Below, one piece after another: positions 37,149 through 45,377 of a stretch of 64,000 bases of DNA; the first letter of the stretch is position 1, and every line of letters starts with the position of its first letter. The DNA is taken from the NCBI GenBank assembly GCA_965657575.1, contig CBFHOK010000001.1:68559-132558 (forward strand), read 5' to 3'. A model generated the notes under the pieces. It was not told the DNA's origin. It was given only the letters and a program-made list of their open reading frames with translations, and made no database searches. Position numbers and translations under genes: made by a program. Source of the stretch: Microbacteriaceae bacterium. Its GTDB lineage: Bacteria; Actinomycetota; Actinomycetes; Actinomycetales; Microbacteriaceae.

Positions 37149-38171
37149 GTGGCAACAGAAACAGGGAGAGCACCATTAAGTTTTGTTTCGCTAACGGAAT
37201 TTGAACCAACAGCATGTGTTGAATCAAGAGTGATTACAGACATAAACCCTCATGGATTGCACCATGTAACGGCAATTGCCTCAGACCCTCAGAAAAACGT
37301 TGATTTCTACACCAAAATCCTTGGTTTGAGACTTGTCAAACAAACCGTGAACTTCGACGCTCCCCATGTTTGGCACCTTTATTACGGCGACCAGAAAGGA
37401 TCACCGTCTTCGATTCTGACCTTTTTCCCTTGGCCCGGTGTGATTCAAGGAAAAGAGGGTTCTGGTCTCACAACCGCCACTTCATTCTCTGTCCCATTGG
37501 ATTCAATCGGATTTTGGGAAAAACGATTGAAATCCTTAGGTGTTGAGAGTAGTCGTGCAAAAAACGCCAGCGGATTGGACCTAATCAGACTTCGAGATCA
37601 GGACGGCATGAGTGTTGAGCTAGTCGGAACTGAGGGTGATGATCGTTCAGGTTGGGATGGTGAGTCGTCAATCCCTGCAGAGGATGCAATCAGAGGATTG
37701 CACTCAGTGACTCTGAGTCAGCAGCTTTTGGATCCAACAGCAATCATGTTGACAGAAATGCTGGGCATGAAAGCCTCAGCAGAAACCTCATCCGGTGCTC
37801 AGTTTGCAATGGGGGATGGTACAACTGGAGCACTTGTAGAAGTCCTTCCTGGGGTAACCGAGCGAGGACTGCAAGCAGGTGGAACGGTTCACCACGTTGC
37901 GTTTAGAGCACCGGATTTGAACACCATGGAAAACTGGAGGCAGCAGCTGGTGGAGCAGGGTGTTCCGGTTACTGAGGTTATGGACAGGCAATATTTCAAG
38001 AGCATTTACTTCCGTGAGCCGGGTGGTGTCTTGTTTGAAATTGCCACCGATGACCCTGGTTTTGATATTGATGAACCACTTTTAGAATTGGGCAAAAAGC
38101 TCAAGCTTCCGCCTTGGTTGGAGCCAAGTCGAGAACAGATTGCAGCCAGCTTGCCAAGGATTGAGGCCTAA
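37149..38171 (+). CDS. Ring-cleaving dioxygenase (two-domain VOC family, MhqA/E/O-like)
   Basis: GLHHVTAIASDPQKNVDFYTKILGLRLVKQTVNFDAPHVWHLYYGD... and HHVAFRAP are typical of the family. The start is uncertain (GTG 37149 or GTG 37230). Confidence 0.75.
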   Translation: MATETGRAPLSFVSLTEFEPTACVESRVITDINPHGLHHVTAIASDPQKNVDFYTKILGLRLVKQTVNFDAPHVWHLYYGDQKGSPSSILTFFPWPGVIQGKEGSGLTTATSFSVPLDSIGFWEKRLKSLGVESSRAKNASGLDLIRLRDQDGMSVELVGTEGDDRSGWDGESSIPAEDAIRGLHSVTLSQQLLDPTAIMLTEMLGMKASAETSSGAQFAMGDGTTGALVEVLPGVTERGLQAGGTVHHVAFRAPDLNTMENWRQQLVEQGVPVTEVMDRQYFKSIYFREPGGVLFEIATDDPGFDIDEPLLELGKKLKLPPWLEPSREQIAASLPRIEA

Positions 38172-38172
38172 G

Positions 38173-38772
38173 GTGATTTCGAGACCACATGTTTGGATTG
38201 ACAAACAATCCAACGATACGTTGCTGTTGTTGCATGGAACAGGGGCCGATGAGCGCGATTTGTTGCAACTTGGAGAGCTGATTGCCCCCGATTACAATCT
38301 TCTTTCCCCAAGGGGACTAGTGAATGAAAACGGCATGAATCGTTTCTTCGAGAGAACGCCAATGGGTGAATTCGTTCAAGAGTCAGTGAAGCAGGCGGTT
38401 TCAGACTTGGTGACGTTTATTGATCTAGCCCAAGAGGAGTATGGCTTTGATCCAGACAGCCTTTCCGCTTGCGGTTTTTCAAATGGAGCGAATACTGCCC
38501 TAGCAACTCTGGTCACTCGGCCGGAGGTGTTTACTACAGTGATGGCATTTGGTGCCACCAAGCCACTCAATGAACCGGTTGGAACCAACCTAAGAGACAA
38601 GAGGGTCTTCATTGCCAACGGTGAGCGAGACCCCTATGCGCCCCAGGGGATAACTGACGCTTTTGCTTCCGAATTGAAAGCTGCTGGGGCTGAGGTAATT
38701 GTTCTATCGCATCAAGGTGGTCATCAGATTTCTCCAGAACATATCCAGCAAATTAACAGAGAACTGACCTAA
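38173..38772 (+). CDS. Alpha/beta hydrolase, phospholipase/carboxylesterase family (MhqD-like)
   Basis: LLLLHGTGADERDLL, nucleophile elbow GFSNGAN, and a C-terminal GGHQI. GTG 38173 lies directly after the dioxygenase stop. Confidence 0.75.
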   Translation: MISRPHVWIDKQSNDTLLLLHGTGADERDLLQLGELIAPDYNLLSPRGLVNENGMNRFFERTPMGEFVQESVKQAVSDLVTFIDLAQEEYGFDPDSLSACGFSNGANTALATLVTRPEVFTTVMAFGATKPLNEPVGTNLRDKRVFIANGERDPYAPQGITDAFASELKAAGAEVIVLSHQGGHQISPEHIQQINRELT

Positions 38773-38804
38773 TATCTAACAAGAAAATTCTTTGAAGGAG
38801 AAAC

Positions 38805-39551
38805 GTGGCTATTTCACACAATCCGGTATTCAATCAATCAATGCGCAGTGGTGCGAAGGGGCTCCAGCAGGTTGAAGTTGACACAAGGTTTGAAGAGATA
38901 ACTTCGACCAGGCCAATGACTATGGAGGGAACCGCCTCCAAAGTTATTGGAATGCTCATGCTGGTGGTTTTGGGTGCTGCTGGAACCTGGGTTTTCAACC
39001 TAGAGTCACTGGCGTTCCCCGCCATGTTCGTGGGTCTTGGCTTGGGTCTATGGGCTGCTTTTTCAAAAGTAACTCGCCCATGGCTTTACTACCTATACGC
39101 AGCAGTTCAGGGCGTGTTCATAGGCGGTATTTCATCAATTTTTGAATCTATGTATCCGGGAATTGTTCAGAGTGCGGTTCTGGGAACTCTAACAACAGCC
39201 GGTGGAATGTTTGTCGCCTACCGCTTCGGCTGGATCAAGGTAAATGAAAGATTTACCAAGATAATGACCTTTGCACTCATTGGTTACTTTGGTTTTGCAA
39301 TGATCAACCTTGGGTTTGCTTTGTTCGGTGGCGGAGGAATTTACACCTCGCAGTTTGGCTGGATTGCTGCACTAATTGGTGTTGGCCTAGCTGCATTCAC
39401 TTTGAATCTCGATTTTGAGGCAATCAAACAGGGTGTTGCCCAAAGAGCTCCAGAGGAATTTGAGTGGAGGGCCGCATTTGGCATGACAGCCACTTTGGTC
39501 TGGCTCTACATTGAAATCCTCAGGATGCTTGCAATTTTTAATCAGGAATAA
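38805..39551 (+). CDS. Bax inhibitor-1/YccA family membrane protein
   Basis: N-terminal SHNPVF motif and seven hydrophobic segments. GTG start behind GAAGGAG. Confidence 0.8.
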   Translation: MAISHNPVFNQSMRSGAKGLQQVEVDTRFEEITSTRPMTMEGTASKVIGMLMLVVLGAAGTWVFNLESLAFPAMFVGLGLGLWAAFSKVTRPWLYYLYAAVQGVFIGGISSIFESMYPGIVQSAVLGTLTTAGGMFVAYRFGWIKVNERFTKIMTFALIGYFGFAMINLGFALFGGGGIYTSQFGWIAALIGVGLAAFTLNLDFEAIKQGVAQRAPEEFEWRAAFGMTATLVWLYIEILRMLAIFNQE

Positions 39552-39563
39552 TCTCGTACGGGT

Positions 39564-39598
39564 AAGGGGTGAGTTAGCCAGCCAGGCGCTCACCCCTT
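39564..39598. terminator. 10-bp perfect hairpin between the convergent BI-1 gene and dnaE2
   Basis: AAGGGGTGAG-N15-CTCACCCCTT. The 3' arm lies inside the last codons of dnaE2, and only a weak T-tract follows on the + strand. Confidence 0.4.
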
Positions 39599-42500
39599 TC
39601 CCATTTAATCCACAGTTGATTTAGATCCCAAGCATTCTCCGCCAAAACGGAAACACCGTTTTTACCGGTTCTTCTGAGTTTGCCCGATATTAAAAGCATC
39701 CTGTTGTTGAACAAAAGCTCCGAGCACCTAGCTTGAGCCTCGTCAAAAAAAGTTGCATCCGCACACCCCGAACCATCATCCAGGCTAATAAAAACAACCC
39801 GCTTGCCACTTCTCATTGGTGGGGTCTGCGTGGCCACTCTGACGCCAGCAACCAACACCTCTGTGTTTCCTCGTAGGGTTTTTAGTTCACTTGCCATTGA
39901 TGCCCCAAGATCATCGAGCATCGGTCGGTATTTATCTATTATGTGTGAGGAGATGTCCATGCCGGTGAGTTGAAGCTCCTGATCCAGCTGCTGTTCAATC
40001 GTGAATTGCGGATTGCCTGAAGTTATTTCTTGACCAACAGTGAAATCTAGTTCGGCTTGAGAGGGGTTTATATTCGGAGCCGGCTTAGTTGTCATTTCCC
40101 GAATTTTTTGAATTATGTCTCCGCGGGTAACTGACACATCGACCAGCGAATCCAGTGCACCTATTGCGGCCAAGCGAGCAATTGTTTTTCTTGAGGGTCG
40201 TGCTTTTGTATAGAAATCAGCAAGGTCCCTAAAAGGTGCGTTTTTGATGATTCTGCTTATTTCAGGGGTCGATATGCCAGCAATCTCAATAAGTGACATT
40301 CTCACCCCTTTTTTTCCAGAGAGTTTCTCCACCCAGTATTCATCCGTTGATTTATTCACATCAATCGGCCACAGTTCAACCCCAAGTCGTCTAGCTTCTG
40401 CAAGAAGCAACCTCTTTGGATACATCCCTGGATCATGGGTCAGAATGCCAGCTATGAACTCAGCTGGATAGTGAGTTTTTAGCCAGGCTGATTGATATGT
40501 GGGGAGTGCGAAGGCAGCTCCATGAGCCTTGCAGAAACCAAAGCTTCCAAACCCCTCCAGCACCTGCCAAACCCTATTTACGACAGCTGTTTTATAACCC
40601 CTGGCGAGTGAGCTTTGTTTGAAATAGGACTCAATTTCCTGCTTTCTGTCTGGATTTGACATCTTTCTGCGCATCTCGTCGGCCTTTGCCAGAGTGCAGC
40701 CGGTCATCACCTTCATGATTCTCATCAATTGTTCGTGAAAGACCACCACTCCGTAGCTTTCTTCCAGTATTGGTTTTAAATCTGGATGAAAATAATCCGG
40801 TTGAATAAAGCCGTGCCTACCGTCCAGGTAGGGGGAAATCATGTTTCCCTTCATCGGCCCCGGCCTAAAAAGTGAAATTTGCAATGTGAGGTCATTGAAT
40901 TCTGTTGGCTGATGCTTGCCGGTGAGCTCTCTTTGGCCTGGGCTTTCAATTTGGAAAATACCCAAAGTATTGGTGGTTCTAATTAGCTCGAACACCTTCT
41001 TGTCATCGGTTGCTACTGAATCCAGGTCAAGTTTTTTATTTTCAACTCTCTCAACCTCACTCACCGCATAAGCCATTGTGCTTTGCATCCTTACTCCCAA
41101 AACATCAAGCTTCAAAAATCCCAGCGGATCCATGTCGTCTTTATCAAACTGACTCATCGGAAGCCCTAAGCCGCTTGGTTCGGTGGGGGTTAGATCTAAA
41201 AGTCTTCTATCACCAAGAATCACTCCGCAGGGGTGCATTGAAATATGCCGGGGGAGTTTGTCTAACCTTTGGGTTAGGTCAACAAGCAGATTTAGTTTTC
41301 TATCTTTCCCAACCTGCTTGGCAAGTTTTGCCAACTCGGGCTTTACCTCCAAAGCCGCCCTAAAACTTCTTGCGCTAAACCGCCAAGAACTTTTTGCAAT
41401 CTGATCAATTTGATCCTCATCTAAGCCCAGTGCCAGTCCGCTGTCTCGAATCGCACCCCTGCCTCGATATGTTGACTGCATTGAAAGCAAAGTCACCCGG
41501 TCGCCACCGTAGCGACGAAAGATTGCTCGATATATCTCATGCCTTCTTGCAGATTCAACATCTATGTCGATATCCGGAAGAGTGGATCTTTCGGTGGATA
41601 GAAATCTTTCAAATAACAAACCTTGTTCAATTGGGTCAATGTGACTTATGCCAAGCAGGTAGTTCACTAAAGATCCGGCCCCCGAACCTCGGGCGGCGAT
41701 TCTGATTCGCATGTCTCTAATCATTTGAGCGACATCTGCAACGGTTAGAAAAAAAGTTGCAAAGCCAAGCTTGTTTATGGTGATCAACTCTTTTGAAAGC
41801 TGGTGTTGAACCTGTGTAATAAGGCTTGGTTTTGCATCTGGATAGCGATAATCGATTGCTGAGTGGGTTTTTTGCCAAAGCACTTCAAATGGATTCCCCT
41901 CTATTCCAAGCAGTTGCTTTTCAGGTGTCTTCGGTCTTCCCCAATCGCAGTCTTCAACTGGGTCTATTCGGCATCTATCTGTTAGTTGCTCGGTTGTCGC
42001 CAAGAGTTTTTTGGCAGATTTTGTATCTCCAGTAATTTCAAGAGCCAGCGATGCCATTTCTGCAGGGGGTTTTAGCCATGCCTGCGCATTTGGCTGAGGG
42101 AGAAAAATACCAAGTGGCTCCAAATGCCTCGCGGAGTCTAAAACATCTGCGGTGAGTGCATCATCGGGCTGCAGGTATCTTGCCGCATTCGTAAGCACCG
42201 CTGGAAGCTTTTTATAATCTGCAAGTGAGATAAGAGCCCTGGCGTGCTCATTTGAATAGCTTGTCCCAGGCTCTGTTAGGTGGCTAAAGACTTCAATCGC
42301 CAAGCTGCCACGAGTGTTGAAATGCTCCATCCACCGATCTAGCAACTTGGAGGCTTTTGTTGGTTCGAAAAGGGATGATCTACCAACATCGCTGTCTGGC
42401 CCAAGTAAAACAGTGCAGTTGGCTAAATCTTGTTGAGTTAGTTCAGCTAACTCTTTTCTATCAATGGAGGGTGCTTCGTTTTTCTTTTTCTGATGGGCTT

Positions 42501-42825
42501 TGCTGATTATTCGGCAAAGCGCACTCCACCCAGCCCCACGATTGTGCCCATGTGACAAGATAACAACTCTGCCAAGTGAGATCTGGTCTGTAACCTCGAG
42601 GCTTACGCCAATAATGGGGTCTATTTTGTTTTCAATGCAGGCAGCTATGTGCTTGGCTGCACCATAAAGACCATCTCTGTCCGTTATCGCCAGTGCGTCA
42701 AATCCAAGTTGCTTGGCTTGAAAAACTGCTTGTTCAGGTCGGTTTACTCCAAAATGAGCAGAATAGGCTGAAGAAAAATTGAGATGAGTAAAACCGGCCA
42801 CTAGATAATTCGCACCAACTTCCAC
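39574..42825 (-). CDS. dnaE2: Error-prone DNA polymerase III alpha-subunit paralog DnaE2 (ImuC)
   Basis: 1083 aa with a PHP domain followed by the Pol III alpha core (FLTVADVAQMIRD..., GSGAGSLVNYLLGISHIDP, PDIDIDVES). It is LexA-box controlled via the upstream ORF. The start is GTG 42825, or GTG 42801 sharing a G with the upstream TAG. Confidence 0.9.
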   Translation of the reverse strand: MEVGANYLVAGFTHLNFSSAYSAHFGVNRPEQAVFQAKQLGFDALAITDRDGLYGAAKHIAACIENKIDPIIGVSLEVTDQISLGRVVILSHGHNRGAGWSALCRIISKAHQKKKNEAPSIDRKELAELTQQDLANCTVLLGPDSDVGRSSLFEPTKASKLLDRWMEHFNTRGSLAIEVFSHLTEPGTSYSNEHARALISLADYKKLPAVLTNAARYLQPDDALTADVLDSARHLEPLGIFLPQPNAQAWLKPPAEMASLALEITGDTKSAKKLLATTEQLTDRCRIDPVEDCDWGRPKTPEKQLLGIEGNPFEVLWQKTHSAIDYRYPDAKPSLITQVQHQLSKELITINKLGFATFFLTVADVAQMIRDMRIRIAARGSGAGSLVNYLLGISHIDPIEQGLLFERFLSTERSTLPDIDIDVESARRHEIYRAIFRRYGGDRVTLLSMQSTYRGRGAIRDSGLALGLDEDQIDQIAKSSWRFSARSFRAALEVKPELAKLAKQVGKDRKLNLLVDLTQRLDKLPRHISMHPCGVILGDRRLLDLTPTEPSGLGLPMSQFDKDDMDPLGFLKLDVLGVRMQSTMAYAVSEVERVENKKLDLDSVATDDKKVFELIRTTNTLGIFQIESPGQRELTGKHQPTEFNDLTLQISLFRPGPMKGNMISPYLDGRHGFIQPDYFHPDLKPILEESYGVVVFHEQLMRIMKVMTGCTLAKADEMRRKMSNPDRKQEIESYFKQSSLARGYKTAVVNRVWQVLEGFGSFGFCKAHGAAFALPTYQSAWLKTHYPAEFIAGILTHDPGMYPKRLLLAEARRLGVELWPIDVNKSTDEYWVEKLSGKKGVRMSLIEIAGISTPEISRIIKNAPFRDLADFYTKARPSRKTIARLAAIGALDSLVDVSVTRGDIIQKIREMTTKPAPNINPSQAELDFTVGQEITSGNPQFTIEQQLDQELQLTGMDISSHIIDKYRPMLDDLGASMASELKTLRGNTEVLVAGVRVATQTPPMRSGKRVVFISLDDGSGCADATFFDEAQARCSELLFNNRMLLISGKLRRTGKNGVSVLAENAWDLNQLWIKWERGERLAG

Positions 42826-43085
42826 TCATCACGTGAGCTACTGTGCCTCAACTCAAAAAGACCACTATCTCCTTCAGATTGAGCTCTAACCCTCCACATT
42901 TCAACTTCTATAAATTCAGCGGAAAAGCCCTTTGGTGCCTGATCTATCTCTCTCCACCAGCTTTTTCTTACATACCAACGAACCGGAACGCCTGTTGCCA
43001 GATAGTGCGACCCTCGCCAATCAAAGCTGACTGGCTGACCGTCATGGTTTGTCATAACGGCAATAGGCTCATCTACTTGAATCAA
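42801..43085 (-). CDS. Uncharacterised 94-aa Trp/Arg-rich protein, first gene of the SOS-box-controlled dnaE2 operon
   Basis: Track ORF. TTG start with AAGGGGAA 7 nt upstream, and the 3' end overlaps dnaE2. The sequence includes PVSFDWRGSHYLATGVPVRWYVRKSWWREI. I recall, but cannot verify, that similar small proteins near actinobacterial imuB/dnaE2 are classed only as a domain of unknown function. Confidence 0.65.
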   Translation of the reverse strand: MIQVDEPIAVMTNHDGQPVSFDWRGSHYLATGVPVRWYVRKSWWREIDQAPKGFSAEFIEVEMWRVRAQSEGDSGLFELRHSSSRDEWKLVRII

Positions 43086-43100
43086 CTAAGTTCCCCTTAT

Positions 43101-43116
43101 TCGAACATTTGTTCGA
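43101..43116. promoter_or_regulatory. LexA operator (actinobacterial SOS box)
   Basis: TCGAACATTTGTTCGA is a perfect match to the mycobacterial/actinobacterial consensus TCGAAC-N4-GTTCGA. It lies 16-31 nt upstream of the ORF94 start. Confidence 0.8.
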
Positions 43117-43121
43117 ATAGA

Positions 43122-43150
43122 AGTCTAAGAGATTCCTAGGACATTGTGAA
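43122..43150 (-). promoter_or_regulatory. Putative promoter of the ORF94-dnaE2 operon
   Basis: The reverse strand reads TTCACA-N17-TAGACT, followed 5 nt later by the SOS box. LexA would therefore sit on or just after the transcription start. Confidence 0.45.
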
Positions 43151-43153
43151 GTG

Positions 43154-43822
43154 CTAATCGAATAGCTTTTGCTCCGATTCGGGCGCAATCAATCCCGGAT
43201 GGTTGTTTCTAACGGCACCAACAGCCTTATTCACCTCATAAAAATTCAGTGTTTTTGCAATTTCATCAGATTGAGTAGCAATATCTGCTAGAAGTTGACG
43301 GGAATCTGAGTCTGGATCGAGCCATGAATCAATGTCTTCAACCATTACTGGGTTTCTGTCGTGAATGTGTTTAATTTCATGAGCTGACTCTTTGGTGACT
43401 ACGCTCACGCTGTAATTGGAGCTCAATTTATTTGGTGGTTCGAAAATGGCCGCGAACATCAGAAGTTTTTTCGAATGGATAAAAAAGGGCGTCTTTTGAG
43501 CTCCATTCTGTGTCCATTCAAAATAACCACTGGCAGGGACAATTCCTCTACGGGCAGTTAGTGAATTTTTGAAGCTTGGCTTTTCAGCTACAGTCTCTAC
43601 TCGAGCATTTATAAGTGGCGAACTTGGCGGAGCAGCTGCCCAAGATGGGATAAGTCCCCAGCTCGCACCGATCAGTAGCTTCTCTGGGTGATTAATCACA
43701 AGCGGTATTGATTGGGTGGGGGCGAAGTTGAAGCTTGGAAGTTTTCCTTCAAAACAATCCTCTGCCAAAAGCTCGAGGCTTAATTCAGCACTGGATTTGG
43801 AGACCACAAATCGGCCACACAT
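43154..43822 (-). CDS. SOS response-associated peptidase (SRAP/YedK family, abasic-site processing protein)
   Basis: MCGRF N-terminus (catalytic Cys2), YFEW, and HDRNPV (HDRMP-like). Confidence 0.88.
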   Translation of the reverse strand: MCGRFVVSKSSAELSLELLAEDCFEGKLPSFNFAPTQSIPLVINHPEKLLIGASWGLIPSWAAAPPSSPLINARVETVAEKPSFKNSLTARRGIVPASGYFEWTQNGAQKTPFFIHSKKLLMFAAIFEPPNKLSSNYSVSVVTKESAHEIKHIHDRNPVMVEDIDSWLDPDSDSRQLLADIATQSDEIAKTLNFYEVNKAVGAVRNNHPGLIAPESEQKLFD

Positions 43823-43824
43823 GC

Positions 43825-44460
43825 CTAGTCGCTTATCCTGTCGCTGAATTTCTGCAAAAACTTTTTGGCCAAAGCAATTATCGCTAGGGCTGCAAGCAAG
43901 ATTCCAATTGCCACCAGTGAGCCAAACCTTAGGTTTTCACTGAGCAGTTCATAGCTTTCCCTAGCCAGGAAGCCAACACCAACATAAAGCGATGCCCAGA
44001 TGGTGCAGGCTGCAAAGGTCCAGGAGATGAAGACCTTGTAGGGCATCTTCGTTGCGCCTGCAACTGCCGGAACAACGCTGTGAAGGACGGGTAAGAATCG
44101 AGATATAAATACAGCGACCCCACCCCTTCGGGCGACAAACTTTTCGGCTTTATCCCAGCGATGCTGACCAATTGCCTTACCCAATCTGGTGTTTCGAAGT
44201 TTCGGTCCGAGCCAGAAGCCAATTGAGTAGCCGATTGTTTCGCCAATCAACGAGCCAACCAGCACCGCCATTAGAAGCCATCCAAAATCTCCCCAGTCCA
44301 GTACGCCGGTGGAGGCAACCAAGACAACGGTGTCACCGGGTATTACAAGACCAAGCAGGATTGTTGTTTCCAGCATGATCGCTAAACCTGCAAGCAAATT
44401 GCGAATCCCAGGATGCACTCCCTGCACAGCATCTATGAATGCATCCACGTATTCGTTCAT
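43825..44460 (-). CDS. DedA family membrane protein
   Basis: GLVIPGDTVVLVAS..., and RFLPVLHSVVPAVAG is typical of DedA/SNARE-associated proteins. Its stop lies 2 nt from the SRAP start. Confidence 0.85.
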   Translation of the reverse strand: MNEYVDAFIDAVQGVHPGIRNLLAGLAIMLETTILLGLVIPGDTVVLVASTGVLDWGDFGWLLMAVLVGSLIGETIGYSIGFWLGPKLRNTRLGKAIGQHRWDKAEKFVARRGGVAVFISRFLPVLHSVVPAVAGATKMPYKVFISWTFAACTIWASLYVGVGFLARESYELLSENLRFGSLVAIGILLAALAIIALAKKFLQKFSDRISD

Positions 44461-44549
44461 TTACTGATTTTCTCACCTACGGGACCAAGTTTCACTCGAT
44501 TTAGCAGATTGCTAGAAATCTCATTGTCTACCGACGTGACTTAATAGCG

Positions 44550-45332
44550 CTAAGAAATTTGCGACCTAAGGAGATGCATTCTGGTTCTGAACGACTTTAA
44601 TTTTTCTACTGGTCCTACGTCTACACCCTTCCAGCTCTGAACGCCCCTCACGCCTTGCAAGCTCGATGCACTCCAAATTTCTAAACCGTGTAAATCTGCT
44701 GGCCGGCATTTTTCGGTAACGGTTTCATACCCTGCTTGATTTGCCAAATCAAATAATTCCTGGCGAGTAATCGAGTCAAGCCAATTGGTTTCATCGTTTG
44801 GCCCGCATAACCTGTCCTCTCGCCACCAGAGAATGCTTGAAAGAGCACCGTCAGCGATGAAGCCCTCCGTGTCCAATAACACCGCTTCGTCCGCACCATG
44901 CAGGTTTGCCTTGCGTCTTAGCTGTTGGCACAGAGACAGGTCCGGCCCCTTTATGAGCGGGTTTTCTCTTGGGTCTGTTTCTGGGTATGTCCATAGGGAG
45001 GTAAATTCAGTTCTTTCGGGTGCTGGGCGGATTCGCAAAAACAATCGATCACCCAGGGTGCTGTGTTGTCTGAATTCAATCCGCGGAAACCATTCGCCTG
45101 TTTTTGGCAATGCCTGCCTCACCGTTTCAAAGAATTCATCAAACGTCTGGTTGTCTATTCGTTCATGCTGGACCACCCAGGTTTGGAATCTCTGAAAGTG
45201 TCTATCTAAGGACCTTGTTTTTCCATTTTCAACCAACCAAGAATCGGCAACGGTGAGTGCTGTTGTGTCAGTCTTATCAAAGTTGATAAGTTTTCCCGAG
45301 TCAAAGACTAGGAAATCACCTTCAACGCTCAC
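44550..45332 (-). CDS. Class IV aminotransferase-fold protein, probably aminodeoxychorismate lyase
   Basis: 260 aa with a fold-type IV-like C-terminal half (GADEAVLLDTEGFIADGALSSILW). It is divergent from pabB. Confidence 0.65.
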   Translation of the reverse strand: MSVEGDFLVFDSGKLINFDKTDTTALTVADSWLVENGKTRSLDRHFQRFQTWVVQHERIDNQTFDEFFETVRQALPKTGEWFPRIEFRQHSTLGDRLFLRIRPAPERTEFTSLWTYPETDPRENPLIKGPDLSLCQQLRRKANLHGADEAVLLDTEGFIADGALSSILWWREDRLCGPNDETNWLDSITRQELFDLANQAGYETVTEKCRPADLHGLEIWSASSLQGVRGVQSWKGVDVGPVEKLKSFRTRMHLLRSQIS

Positions 45333-45377
45333 AGCCGATTCCTCCGTTCCTGGTTCTAGACTACGAGGCTAGGGACA

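Noticed and set aside
42849-42869. DSGLFEL in ORF94 as a beta-clamp binding motif
   Set aside because: It resembles QL[SD]LF only loosely (no Gln, different spacing), which is too weak to claim. It is mentioned only as something to test.
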